Program-made: the position numbers and the translations under genes
DNA from: an uncultured delta proteobacterium
GTDB taxonomy: Bacteria > Myxococcota_A > Polyangia > Polyangiales > Polyangiaceae
Length of the DNA: 64,000 bases
NCBI GenBank assembly: GCA_963716725.1
Contig: CAVQUB010000021.1
Coordinates: 160,001-224,000, forward strand
Reading direction: 5' to 3'
In this document: positions 33,346 through 43,613 of the stretch, in pieces
How the letters are laid out: every line of letters begins with the position of its first letter
Position numbering within the stretch: position 1 is the stretch's first letter
The notes under the pieces: generated by a model
Database searches by the model: none
Seen by the model: the letters and a program-made list of their open reading frames with translations, nothing else
What the model was told of the DNA's origin: nothing

Positions 33346-33478
33346 GAAGGCTCCTGAGAGCGAACGAGGAGAGAGGGTAGCAACCCCAGTGCCAGTTGCC
33401 AGAGCCTCGGATCCGCGAGGATTGCACGAATTCGTGGAGAGGCGTTTACACCAGCGTTGCACGCTGAATACTGCGCCC

Positions 33479-34669
33479 GTGGCACAAGTCACCCTCAAGG
33501 CAGGGCACATTCAGCCGGTCTGGGCCGGGCACCCCTGGGTCTACGCTCAGGCCGTCGAGCGGGTCGCCGGCGGGGCCATGCCCGGCGACGAGGTCGAGGT
33601 CATCGACAGCCGGGGCAACGTGCTCGGACGCGGACTCTACTCGCCCACCTCGGCCATCCCCGTTCGCATTTACACGCGCGATGGCAGCGCGCGCATCGAC
33701 CGGGCGTTGTTCGAGAAGCGCATCGACGCCGCGCTGGAGCGACGTGCGGCGCTGGGACTGCCCGCGGAAGGCACCAACGCCTACCGTGTCGTGCACGCCG
33801 AAGGTGACGATCTGCCGGGGCTGATCGTCGATCGCTACGCCGACACGCTGGTCGTGCAACTGGCCACCGTGGGCATCAAGCGTCGTGAGCAGTCCATCTT
33901 GGACACGCTCATCGAAAAGCTCGAGCCGCGCAGCATCGTCGATCGCACCTCGGAGCGCTCGGCAAAACTCGAAGGCTTCGTTCCTGGCCACGGCGTCGTG
34001 TGGGGGGACAAGACGCTGGCGGAGCTCTCCTTCGTCGAGCGCGGGCTCCGCTTCGTGATCCCCCTCGAGCTGGGTCAGAAGACTGGCTTCTACCTCGACC
34101 AGCGCCCGTTGCGCGAGCGGATCGAAGCGCTGGCTCGCGGACGTCGCGTCCTCGACACCTTCACCTACGTGGGCTCGATCGCCATGGCGGCGGCTCGCGG
34201 CGGCGCGACCTCGGTGCACGCCGTGGACGCTAGTGCCCTCGCGCTCGAGGTGGCCGCAGAGTGCGCTCGTGCCAATGGACTCGCGGGTCGCATCGAGTTC
34301 GAACGCGCCGACGCCCACGACGTGCTCACCGCCGCCGGGCGGAAGGGTGGCTACGATCTGGTCGTATGTGATCCCCCAAAACTGGCGCCGACCCGTGCCG
34401 CGAAGAAACGCGCCTTGTCGTCCATGCGCCGGCTGGCGGCGGCTGGCGCCCGGGCCACGCGCCCGGGTGGCCTGTTGGTCCTCTGTTCCTGCTCCGCGGC
34501 CATCGGCCTCGACGAGCTCACGCGCGCCGCGGCCCTCGGCGGACGCGACGTGGGCCTGCGTCCGACCGTGCTGGAGCGCTGGTTCCAGGGTGCTGACCAC
34601 CCGGTGCCGGCTGCGTTTCCCGAAGGGTTGTACTTGAGCTCGTTGATCCTCGAGGTGCAGCCGCTGTGA
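33479..34669 (+). CDS. rlmI: RlmI/RlmK-type rRNA methyltransferase (PUA + SAM domain)
   Basis: GHPWVY, EGDDLPGLIVDRY, GQKTGFYLDQR, DPPK, DHPV..AFPEGLYL; start inferred. Confidence 0.88.
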   Translation: MAQVTLKAGHIQPVWAGHPWVYAQAVERVAGGAMPGDEVEVIDSRGNVLGRGLYSPTSAIPVRIYTRDGSARIDRALFEKRIDAALERRAALGLPAEGTNAYRVVHAEGDDLPGLIVDRYADTLVVQLATVGIKRREQSILDTLIEKLEPRSIVDRTSERSAKLEGFVPGHGVVWGDKTLAELSFVERGLRFVIPLELGQKTGFYLDQRPLRERIEALARGRRVLDTFTYVGSIAMAAARGGATSVHAVDASALALEVAAECARANGLAGRIEFERADAHDVLTAAGRKGGYDLVVCDPPKLAPTRAAKKRALSSMRRLAAAGARATRPGGLLVLCSCSAAIGLDELTRAAALGGRDVGLRPTVLERWFQGADHPVPAAFPEGLYLSSLILEVQPL

Positions 34670-34682
34670 GCTGCACCCGGGC

Positions 34683-34880
34683 ATGGCCAGCTACTCCGGC
34701 CAGTGCCACGGGCGTCGACGACCTGTGAGTGAAGCTCGGCGGTGCGTCCCGGGAGTGCGCCGCGGCCTGCACCGACGACAGCGGCTGCCCCACGGGCTAC
34801 AAGTGCCGGAGCGTCGCCGCTCAGGGCAGCGGAATCATCAGCGATCGACAGTGCGTCGCGACGACTGCGCTCTGCCAGTA
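34683..34880 (+). pseudogene. Degraded Cys-rich protein fragment
   Basis: ...GVDDL*VKLGGASRECAAACTDDSGCPTGYKC...RQCVATTALCQ*, with an internal TGA and no signal peptide. Confidence 0.4.
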
Positions 34881-34972
34881 GTCCCACCCTCCCCCACACC
34901 ACCCCCTTGGTGCACGTGCATCCACGCGTCGCCCTGGACGCGCGCCGCAGGCGCTGCAAGGATTGTCCGGTC

Positions 34973-36972
34973 ATGACTCCCCCGAATTCTTCTCGTTGGT
35001 CGACCCTGCTCCGTCCCCTGCTGTTCAGCATCTTTGCTGCGCTGTTTGCCGTGGTCGGTTGCGGCGACTCGGCCTCCTCGGAGTCGAACGACGACTGGGA
35101 GACCTTTGGCATCCCGGGACCCTTCGACCTCGAAGGCCCCACCGGCAAGGCGGATGGCGCCGGCATCCCGAGCATCGGGACCGACTGGGACAACTCGGAG
35201 ACGCAGGTTTGGGCGGTCACGAGCCAGTGGGAGGACCGCGACACCGCCAACGCGAAGAAGGCCGGCGTCGCTTGGGGCGCGAACAGCGGCTTGAACTGGG
35301 ACGAGAAGTACGTCGCCTGGGTCAAGGCCATGAAGCAAGATCCCGGCGAAGAGCTACGGCAACACCTTCGAGCTCACGACGCCGTGGGGCAAGACCTTGC
35401 CCGCGCCGAGCCTCGAGTGCGCCGAGGTCGCGATGTTCGCGCGCATCACCTTCGCCTCTTGGTACGGCCTGCCTTTCTACATGACGACGACGGACACCGA
35501 GGGCATTCGCGTGTACTTCGGTCACTTCGGCGCGCGGACGGCGACCGGCAAGTACAAGAACACGCCTTCGTACAAGTCCGCGTACAAGGACCACTCGGCC
35601 ATGAACGCCGGCGGAGTACCAGGCAAACTGGCCCCGCGACACCAAGCTGCGCGACAAGAAGCTCTGGGGCGGCACCGACGCCTCGGACATCATCGCCCCG
35701 GGAGGCACCAGCGGGCTCTACTTCGACGAGATCTTCCTGAACAAGCGCGTCGGACACTTCACGCTGCTGCTGCTCGGGTACTTCGGCTCGGCGAACCTGG
35801 CGAACTCCCGCAACACCTACAACCTGAAGCCCGAATCGCTGCGCGAGGGCGACGTGCTGGTAGAGCGCTGGCAAGCGCAGGGCATCGGTCACACGCTCCT
35901 GGTCAAGTCCGTGACCGCGATCGAGGGCAACCGGCTGGACGCCCAGCTCGCGTCGGGTTCGATGCCGCGCCGTCAACCCAAGTGGGAGGACGCCGTCGCG
36001 TCGAAGCAGACCTTCACCAACGAGTACACCGGCGGGGTGGAATACGTGCAGTTCGGCGGCGGATTGAAGCGTTGGCGCGTGGCGAAGGTCATCGGCGGCA
36101 AGTGGACCAACTCGTGGATGAAGGCGGACGAGGCCTCCTGGATCAACGACACCGACCACGCGAAGCTGAAGGTCCGCCCGCAGCAGTTCGAGAACCTGCT
36201 GGGCGAGGTCCCGCCGGAGCAGATGCGTGACGCTTACGTCGCCATCATCAATGACGCCCGGACCCACCTCTCGAACTACCCGGCCTCGTGCTCGGCCCGG
36301 GAGAAGCGTGAGAACGCCTTCCGCGAGCTGTACGACCTGAACCAGAGCGAGTTCGGTATCGCGCCGGCGCAGACGGACGCTCAGTACCGCAAGATCGAGG
36401 ACTACGCGTTCGCCGAGTTGGTCTACGACAAGAGCAAGACCTGCTGCTGGAACAGCACGACTGCGGCCATGTACGCGATCATCATGGACTACCAGAAGAG
36501 CCTGCAGGCCAATGCCTGCACGCCTCCGGTGGTGTTCAAGTCTTCGGGCGGAGGCAAGTACCAGGTGTTCGCAGATTTCGCCGCCGCCACCGGGCGGGCA
36601 GGCGACTGGAAGGCTTGGAGCGAGGACGAGCCCTGCGCCCAGAAGAACGTGGACGCCGACACCACGAGCAACCACGGTGGCATTCCGTTCTGCGAGCTGA
36701 CCGGCAGCGGCGGCACCGGCGGCACCGGCGGCACCGGCGGCACCGGCGGCACCGGCGGCTCGAGTGGCGGCGGCACCGGCGGCACCGGCGGCACCGGCGG
36801 CGGCACCGGCGGCACCGGCGGCACCGGCGGCGGCACCAGCACCGGAAGCTGCGTGGGCAATTGCAACAGCTCGAACGCCGTGCCGGGCTCCAACCCCGCC
36901 TGCTACTGCGACTCGTCGTGCACGCAGTACAACGACTGCTGCGCGGACAAAGCCGCAGCCTGCGGCAGCTGA
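34973..36972 (+). CDS. Large lipoprotein (two +1 frameshifts) with putative Cys-His catalytic core, Gly/Thr linker and somatomedin-B-like C-terminus
   Basis: VVGC lipobox; removing an extra C at ~35336 and an extra G at ~35610 joins ORFs 34742, 35397 and 35854; ends SCVGNC...CYCDSSCTQYNDCCAD...C. Confidence 0.8.
36707..36838 (+). repeat. GGCGGCACC-type tandem repeats encoding a (GGT)n linker
   Basis: Directly visible. Confidence 0.9.
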
Positions 36973-36973
36973 A

Positions 36974-37408
36974 TCAGCCGCGCAGTTTCTTCACGGCCGC
37001 GGTCACCTCTTTGCCGGTGACCACGGCACCGACGGACTTCAGGTGCTTCATCGCGACGCCGGTGGCCTGACCGTCGTTGCCCGCGGCCTTCAGCGCTTCG
37101 ACGACCGGCGCCAGCGCCACGACGATTTCGTCGACCCCGAGCGCCGCTGGGAGCAGAGACTCGAGCACTGCGATCTCCTGTGCGAGCTGTTCTTTCTGCT
37201 CGGCGCTCTCCGAGGCCGCTAGCGTCTCTTGGTTGTTCTTCACCAGCTTGCGCACTATGGCGGCCACTTCTTCGTCGCTCATCGACTTGGCCACGCGCGC
37301 CTCCTGAGTCTGGATCTCGCCGAGCGCGACTCGGAGGATTTCCTTCTCCAGCGTGCGGCCCGCCTTCATCGCCGCGAGCACCCGCTTCTTGATTTCTTCG
37401 CTGAGCAC
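36974..37408 (-). CDS. GatB/YqeY domain protein
   Basis: AAMKAG...LRVALGEI...IVRKLVK...EIAVLESLLP; 144 aa. Confidence 0.88.
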   Translation of the reverse strand: MLSEEIKKRVLAAMKAGRTLEKEILRVALGEIQTQEARVAKSMSDEEVAAIVRKLVKNNQETLAASESAEQKEQLAQEIAVLESLLPAALGVDEIVVALAPVVEALKAAGNDGQATGVAMKHLKSVGAVVTGKEVTAAVKKLRG

Positions 37409-37490
37409 TGGGGCCTCCAGCGGCGACCATAGCCGAAGCGAGCCCTCGGCTGGACGATCCCATCGCTTCCGTGCACATTGTCGAGGACAG

Positions 37491-38264
37491 ATGAGGCGTT
37501 GGGCGGCTTTGGTGCTGGTTCTCGTTGGCTTTGGAGCCTGTGCGTCTCCTGAAGAACTGGGAGCCTCCCAGGGCGGCCCCGGCGATGTGTGCTACCCGAA
37601 CGGCACGTGCAACGCGCCATTCATTTGCGTCGCCGATCGGTGCGCTGCGGATGAAGGTGGAGTCGATGCGAGCGTCGGCGGGAGCGGCGGGAGCGGCGGG
37701 ACGGGTGCGGTCAGCGGCAGTGGCGGCGCGTCAGGAGGCACCGGCGCGTCAGGAGGCACCGGCGCGTCAGGAGGCACCGGCGCGTCAGGAGGCACCGGCG
37801 CGTCAGGAGGCACCGGCGCGTCAGGAGGCACCGGCGCGTCAGGAGGCACCGGAGGCACCGGCGCGTCAGGAGGGGCGGGCGGCAGCGGCGCGACAGGAGG
37901 CACCGGCGCGTCAGGAGGCACCGGCGGGATCTCGGGCGCGCCTCCCCCGCCAAGTAGCGCGGCGGGCTGCACCAACTGCGGCTGCTGCGATCCGTGGCCG
38001 ATCACTTGGGGCACGTCGACGGGGGCGACCCACTACAACGTGATCTGGAAGTGCTCGATCTTTCCCCAACACGTGATCAACGTGGGCAGCGTGGTCCAGG
38101 CGGATCTCTGCAGCTCGACCGTGGGCATGTGCGCCTCGAGCGAGTGCGCCAACGGAGTCGGATTGCTCCAGGTGCAAGCCTGCAACGCGAGCGGATGCTC
38201 AGGCGCCGTGCCCATTCCATCCGCGGGCGTTCCCCTCGCCTGCGGCGGCGGCTGCTGCTGTTGA
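37491..38264 (+). CDS. Lipoprotein with GASGGT tether and Cys-rich C-terminal domain
   Basis: FGAC lipobox; ends ACGGGCCC. Confidence 0.8.
   Translation: MRRWAALVLVLVGFGACASPEELGASQGGPGDVCYPNGTCNAPFICVADRCAADEGGVDASVGGSGGSGGTGAVSGSGGASGGTGASGGTGASGGTGASGGTGASGGTGASGGTGASGGTGGTGASGGAGGSGATGGTGASGGTGGISGAPPPPSSAAGCTNCGCCDPWPITWGTSTGATHYNVIWKCSIFPQHVINVGSVVQADLCSSTVGMCASSECANGVGLLQVQACNASGCSGAVPIPSAGVPLACGGGCCC
37725..37850 (+). repeat. 18-bp perfect tandem repeat (GGCGCGTCAGGAGGCACC) x7
   Basis: Directly visible; partial copies continue to ~37925. Confidence 0.95.
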
Positions 38265-38270
38265 GACCCA

Positions 38271-38559
38271 ATGATGCTGCGATCTGCCATCCGCCCTCCT
38301 GTTCATGATCGTCGCTTGCTCGTCGTCCGACGACGCGGGCTGCGCGACTGACAACGACTGCAAAGGAGACCGGCTCTGCGAGAGCGACTAGTGCGTGAGC
38401 CCCTCGAGTGGAGGTGGCGGCGGTGGCGGCAGAACCTCGACGGGCGGCGCCTCGGGCTGCGCGGCTGACTGCAAGACCTCCGCCGGCACCTGCTGCTCCG
38501 GCCCCGGAGTGTGCGCGGCGGTGCCGCCCTGTCTCGGGAATCCCTGCTGCTCCGACTGA
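38271..38559 (+). pseudogene. Small Cys-rich lipoprotein disrupted by a +1 frameshift and an in-frame TAG
   Basis: Removing one C at ~38292 gives MMLRSAIALLFMIVAC-SSSDDAGCATDNDCKGDRLCESD*CVSP...CCSD; TAG at 38389-38391. Confidence 0.7.
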
Positions 38560-38562
38560 TGC

Positions 38563-39997
38563 TCAGTAATTGCGGGGGCCGGTCTCAGCGTCCCACTGCA
38601 TCAACACCGCGGTGGGACGACCGTCGATGATTTGCACGACCAGGTGCGTCCGGGTCGCCGGCAGACTCGTCGACTCACCTGCATCGAGCTCTTCTTCGGC
38701 CCAGGCGCCGAGATTGACGTAAGCGGATTCCGCGCAGGTCGCGCTGAGTTCGGGCAGGTGGGTGTGTCCCATCACGATGAAGGCCGCCGGGAACACGCTG
38801 CCTACCCGCGCGGCTCGCTCGCGGAGCAGCGCGCTGGCGTCGATGTCACCGCGCGTGCGACGCCAGAGCACCGCGAGCGTGACGAGGACGACCAGCGAGA
38901 TCCCGAGCCCTACCCCCAACGCCGGCGTCCAGCGCGCCACCAGTATCCAGAGCAGTGCCACCATGCCAGCGATCGCCACCGCGACCCGATCGATCATCAC
39001 GCCCGCCAGGAGCCTGAGCACGCTCGTCGTGATGGGAGGGCGCTGGCAGCGCGGCCAGCGCCTGAAGCTTCACCAGGCTCAGCTTGCGAGCCTCGGCCAG
39101 CAGCGCCATCTTGCGCTCGTGCTCGGCACGGACCCACGCCGCAGCGTCGCCGACGTGGTCGCGCCAGATCCCCAGGAGCGCGGCGATGGCCCCAATGAAC
39201 CGGCTCCCAAGCCGCAAGATCCCCCGGGCTCCGAGCCTCGCTCCAAATCGCAGATAGTCGAACGCGTTGGCTTTGTCGTGGCCGGACTCGCGCATGCCGG
39301 CCGTCGGCCGAACGACGTAGCGCAAGAGCACATCCGAGAGCGAGCGCGCCGATTGCTTGGGGTCCGATGGCGCTACCGGGTGGAGCACGTGCTCGTAGGA
39401 GCAGAAGTCGTCGTACTGATGACCGTGCTCGACGTAGACGACCCCCTCCTCGTAGTAGAACCAGTCGGCGAACTCGACGGCGTCTTCCGATGGCGCCCCG
39501 TGGGCAGCCAAGATCTCGCGGAATGCCGCTTGCACGGGCTGCCAGTGAAAATCCACGTCGTGATTGCCGCGGACGACGACCAGCGTATTGCCCGCTGCCA
39601 CGAAGCGCGCCAGCGCCGCAAAGACGTCGCCGTGATGGGCCGCCACGCGGCGCAGCTTGGCGAGGGTGTGATCGACCGCGCCGCCGAGCCCATGGGACTG
39701 CTCGTCTTCGTTGGGTGCAGTGAGGATCTCGGCCGCGTCGGCGCTGACGCTCATCCCGACGAAATCCACCAGATCGCCGGCGATCACCAACTTCCACGGC
39801 AGCTCGCCCGCGGGCCGCTCACGATACCAATCCAAGAGCGCCGCGAGGTCCCGATCGCGTCGAGAGCTCGCGGCGCTCCGGAGCGGGGCTCCCGGGCGAC
39901 AGTGCTGAATCAGATCACTGCCCAGGTGAACGTCCGAGAGAACCAGCAGGTTGTGACGGGGCGTGGGCAAAGCTGTCCCTGGCTTAGTCTGACCCAT
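38563..39997 (-). CDS. Calcineurin-like metallophosphoesterase with inserted TM hairpin, one frameshift
   Basis: SDVHLG, GDLVDF, GNHD, EHGHQYD in ORF 38846..39997; MGHTH and NLGAW in ORF 38563..39021; extra base at ~39045. Confidence 0.85.
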
Positions 39998-40098
39998 CTT
40001 GCGGCGCTGTCACGGTCAGCACGCGCAGAACCTGCCGTCGCAGCCGGCCGGCGAGGGGCTCGTGCTCCACGGCGACGACTGCTAGGGTGCGCCGCGCC

Positions 40099-41499
40099 AT
40101 GAGTTCGCCGGGTACCCCCGAACAACCGGTCCGGGTCGCGGTCGTCGGCGCTGGGCCCGCCGGGTTCTTCGCGGCCGAGGCTTTGCTCCGATGCCTGGCG
40201 CCAGTCTTCGCCGTGGACCTGTTCGAGCGGCTGCCCACGCCCTTCGGCCTGGTTCGCTCCGGCGTGGCCCCGGACCACCAGAAGATCAAGGGCGTCACCA
40301 AGACCTTCGAGCGAACCGCGGAGAACCACCGCTTCCGATTCTTCGGCAACGTCGAGATCGGCAAGGATTTCTCGGCGCAGGAGCTCAGCGCGAGCTACCA
40401 CCAAGTGGTCTACGCCGTTGGCAGCAGCAGCGACCGCCGGCTGGGCATCCCCGGCGAGGAGCTCGACGGCTCCTACTCTGCGACGGCGTTTGTCGGTTGG
40501 TACAACGCGCACCCCGACTTCCGAGACTTTCCCTTCGACCTCCGGTCCGAGCGCGCCGTGGTGGTGGGGGTCGGCAACGTGGCGATGGACGTCGCGCGCG
40601 TGTTGCTCAAGTCGCCCGAGCAACTCGCAAAAACCGACATTGCACGACACGCGCTGGAGGCGCTCCGCGCGAGTCGGCTGCGCGAGATCGTGTTGCTCGC
40701 GCGCCGCGGCCCGGCCCAGGCCGCCTTCGATCCCCGAGAGCTGCAAGACGTCGCGGAGATGGCCGACGTCAGCGTCTCAGTGGACTTGGCAGCCGTCGAA
40801 GCCGACTTGGCCGGGCACGACGAGCTCGACGCGCGGCAGAAGAGGAACCTCGAGCTGATGCTCGAATGCGCTCGCTCCACTCCGTCGGAAGGAGCTCGCA
40901 CGCTGCGCCTCGAGTTCAACGCTTCGCCCGTCGAGCTGCTCGCGGACGCTTCACGTCACATCCGAGCAGTGCGTGCGGAGCGGACCGCCTCCGTCGCTCA
41001 GCCGAACGGCCGCCGGACCGCCAAGGGAACTGGACACTTCTTCGAGATCGACGCCGGCATCGTCTTTCGGTCCATCGGTTACCGGGGGGAACCGCTGCCG
41101 GGCCTGCCCTTCGACGAGGGAGGCGGCGTGATCCCCAACGTGGACGGGCGCATCACAGGGGGTCCCGAAGCCGACGTGCTGCCCGGCCTGTACGCGGTCG
41201 GTTGGATCCGCCGCGGCCCCTACGGAGTGATCGGGACGAACAAGGCCGACGCCCACCTGGTGGTCTCTCGCATGCTGGAAGACGTGCCCGGGTTGCCCGA
41301 ACGCGAGCTGCCGCCTGGCGATCGCCTGGAGGCCTTGCTCGAGCAACGCGGCGTACGCGCTACCAGCTACCAAGACTGGCGGATCATCGACACGGCCGAG
41401 CTGGAGCAAGGCAAGGCGACCGGGAAGATCCGCGAGAAGGTCGCGAGCGTGGAACAAATGATGAACGAGCTGCTCAAGACTGCGCGGCCGCAGGAGTAG
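40099..41499 (+). CDS. Ferredoxin-NADP+ reductase (FprA/adrenodoxin-reductase type)
   Basis: VGAGPAG, PFGLVRSGVAPDH, GVGNVAMDVAR, GWIRRGP.GVIGTN. Confidence 0.92.
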   Translation: MSSPGTPEQPVRVAVVGAGPAGFFAAEALLRCLAPVFAVDLFERLPTPFGLVRSGVAPDHQKIKGVTKTFERTAENHRFRFFGNVEIGKDFSAQELSASYHQVVYAVGSSSDRRLGIPGEELDGSYSATAFVGWYNAHPDFRDFPFDLRSERAVVVGVGNVAMDVARVLLKSPEQLAKTDIARHALEALRASRLREIVLLARRGPAQAAFDPRELQDVAEMADVSVSVDLAAVEADLAGHDELDARQKRNLELMLECARSTPSEGARTLRLEFNASPVELLADASRHIRAVRAERTASVAQPNGRRTAKGTGHFFEIDAGIVFRSIGYRGEPLPGLPFDEGGGVIPNVDGRITGGPEADVLPGLYAVGWIRRGPYGVIGTNKADAHLVVSRMLEDVPGLPERELPPGDRLEALLEQRGVRATSYQDWRIIDTAELEQGKATGKIREKVASVEQMMNELLKTARPQE

Positions 41500-41503
41500 G
41501 CGT

Positions 41504-42214
41504 TCAGCGGCGAAACAGCGCCCGTTCCAGCTCCTCTGCCGCGGTGACCACCTCCGCCTGGCTGATCTCCAGCGCTTTGGCGGCTTTGGTATCCGTCACG
41601 GCGCCCTCTTCCAACAGCAGCGCGCCGTAGTTTCGCGCCAGCTCGCTGACCGAGTGCAGCGCCTGTTTGACGTCGATGGCCACGCGCACGTCGTTGACGG
41701 CCCGCTCGAGCAAACGAAGCATGCGACTGGCGCGGAACTCTCCGTCCTTCGGATCCCGTCGGGCAGGCGCCCGGCGCTTGGCTCGAGTCTTGACGCCGAA
41801 GCCCTCGGCACCAGGCCGAGTGCGAAGCTTCTCCAACAAATCCTCGCTCCGCTCCAAGGGGTAGGCGTTCCACAGGACCAACCCGTCCCCCGCGCGCTCG
41901 AGCAAGAACACCAAGATCGAGACCTGCAACCCGCCCTCCACCTCGATGTCCCCGGGATGATCGATGCGAAAGGTCGTGCGGCACCGCGCCAGGCGCGCGC
42001 TCAAGTCAGCGTCGGGCTCCAAGCCCGATTTCGCGTAGGCCGCCCGAACGTCGTCCTCGCTCGGGACCGGGCCGCCGGAGCCCATTTCGCCCCAATCGTC
42101 CTCGCAGTCGGGGTGTTCGTCGAGGTACTTCTCGACGGCGCCAATGCACGCCTGCTCGAGCTCGTGGAGTTCCCGGGGTTCCAGGGTGCACAGAATCAAA
42201 TGGATCGCGCTCAT
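41504..42214 (-). CDS. Hypothetical protein, possible C-terminal HTH
   Basis: 236 aa, good codon bias; TDTKAAKALEISQAEV. Confidence 0.7.
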   Translation of the reverse strand: MSAIHLILCTLEPRELHELEQACIGAVEKYLDEHPDCEDDWGEMGSGGPVPSEDDVRAAYAKSGLEPDADLSARLARCRTTFRIDHPGDIEVEGGLQVSILVFLLERAGDGLVLWNAYPLERSEDLLEKLRTRPGAEGFGVKTRAKRRAPARRDPKDGEFRASRMLRLLERAVNDVRVAIDVKQALHSVSELARNYGALLLEEGAVTDTKAAKALEISQAEVVTAAEELERALFRR

Positions 42215-42433
42215 GCCGACTGTCTACAATACGCGGTTCGCCTCGCCAGATGAAGCTCATTGGTCACGACTCGCCCGTGGTGGTGGTGTTCACGGCGCGG
42301 GACCGGGCCAGGGCAGTGGCGCTGCTGGCGCAGGTTGCCACCAGCGCCTCTCCCCCTTGAATCCCCCGCGCGCCTCTGCTGGGGTCTCAGCATGCGACGT
42401 CCGGTTGCGCAGCAGCACGACAAGAGGCCCAAC

Positions 42434-43501
42434 ATGACCGCTCGACCAGCGTTGGCTCTGTTGCTCGTCCTCGGAGCTGCCGGGTGCGACGACAAGAACC
42501 AGGCGGCGCCCAAGCCCGAGGTGCCCGCCTCCGCGGCGCCCAGCTCCACCGTCGCTCCGGAAGACGCTCCGCCGGGGCCCTGTGCGGCCACCGGCACGGA
42601 CTCCGCCAAGCTCGGCACGGTCAACGGCCACGTGAACGGCCTGGCGCTCGACGCAACGCATCTCTACTACTCGAGCTGGCAGACGCTGGGGGGACGCGGG
42701 GATCTGGCCAAGGCACGCAAAGACGGCCGCGGCACCGCCAACCTGACCTCACTGTCCCTCGAGCCCCGCGGGCTAGTCGTCGACGCCGCGGCGGTGTTCT
42801 ACACGACCGGGATCCGACTGATGCGTATCTCGAAGGAAGGTGGCGAAACCAGCATGCTCGCCGAGACCTTCTCGTCGCAGGCGATCACCAGTGACGGAAC
42901 CTATGTGTACGGTGTGCCCGGCGACTACGGGCCCTACGACCGCTTGATTCGGGCCGAGAAGAGCAGCGGCACCACCAAAGAGCTCGACGTCGCGGAACGC
43001 CCGGAAACCAAGCTCGGCCCTGCCGGCTTCTCCGCCGTCGCCGTCGATGCTCGAGGCATCTACGTGACGGACTCGAGCTCGAATCGAGTGTTGCGCTTTG
43101 GGCTCGACCGCGGCAAGCCGAAAGCCCTGGCGACGGGGCAAGACAAGCCCTTCGACCTGAGCATCGATGATACGAGCGTGTACTTCACGCTGGCGCAGAA
43201 GGGCCAGCTGATGAAGGTGTCCAAGACCGGCGGCGCCGTCACCAAGATTGCGTCCGGGCTGGCACCGAGCGCGCGCATCGCCGCCGACGCCAAGGGCATC
43301 GTCACCACGGCCGCTGCGGTCGGTTCGGATGGGACGGAGATGCTGGTGTTCATGGGCAGCGACGGTTCGTCGCCCACTCCCCTCGCCTCGATCGCGCGCA
43401 ACCACAGCGCGGATGCCGTCGCGTTGGACGAGAAGTGTGTGTACTGGGCGTCGTACAACCCGGATACACGCAAAGCCACGCTGTACTCGCGAGCGCGGTA
43501 G
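42434..43501 (+). CDS. Lipoprotein with beta-propeller repeats
   Basis: AAGC lipobox; LALDATHLYY / LSIDDTSVYFT / VALDEKCVYW blades. Confidence 0.82.
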   Translation: MTARPALALLLVLGAAGCDDKNQAAPKPEVPASAAPSSTVAPEDAPPGPCAATGTDSAKLGTVNGHVNGLALDATHLYYSSWQTLGGRGDLAKARKDGRGTANLTSLSLEPRGLVVDAAAVFYTTGIRLMRISKEGGETSMLAETFSSQAITSDGTYVYGVPGDYGPYDRLIRAEKSSGTTKELDVAERPETKLGPAGFSAVAVDARGIYVTDSSSNRVLRFGLDRGKPKALATGQDKPFDLSIDDTSVYFTLAQKGQLMKVSKTGGAVTKIASGLAPSARIAADAKGIVTTAAAVGSDGTEMLVFMGSDGSSPTPLASIARNHSADAVALDEKCVYWASYNPDTRKATLYSRAR

Positions 43502-43613
43502 CAGATCGCAACAGCGTCGCAGAATTCGCTGCTGCTTTCGGCTGCCCCGGAAGCTTGCGGCCAAACTTCGCGCGGTTCGAGCCTTGCATGTCTCCATGAA
43601 CAGGAGACGTCAG

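Noticed and set aside
37725..37925. TGAS repeats as multi-flavinylation sites for ApbE
   Set aside because: They lack the upstream Asp and a folded FMN-binding context; best explained as a generic Gly-rich linker
34720..38391. Selenocysteine or pyrrolysine recoding at the in-frame TGA (~34726) and TAG (38389)
   Set aside because: Both ORFs have other lesions; no SECIS-like element or sel/pyl genes seen
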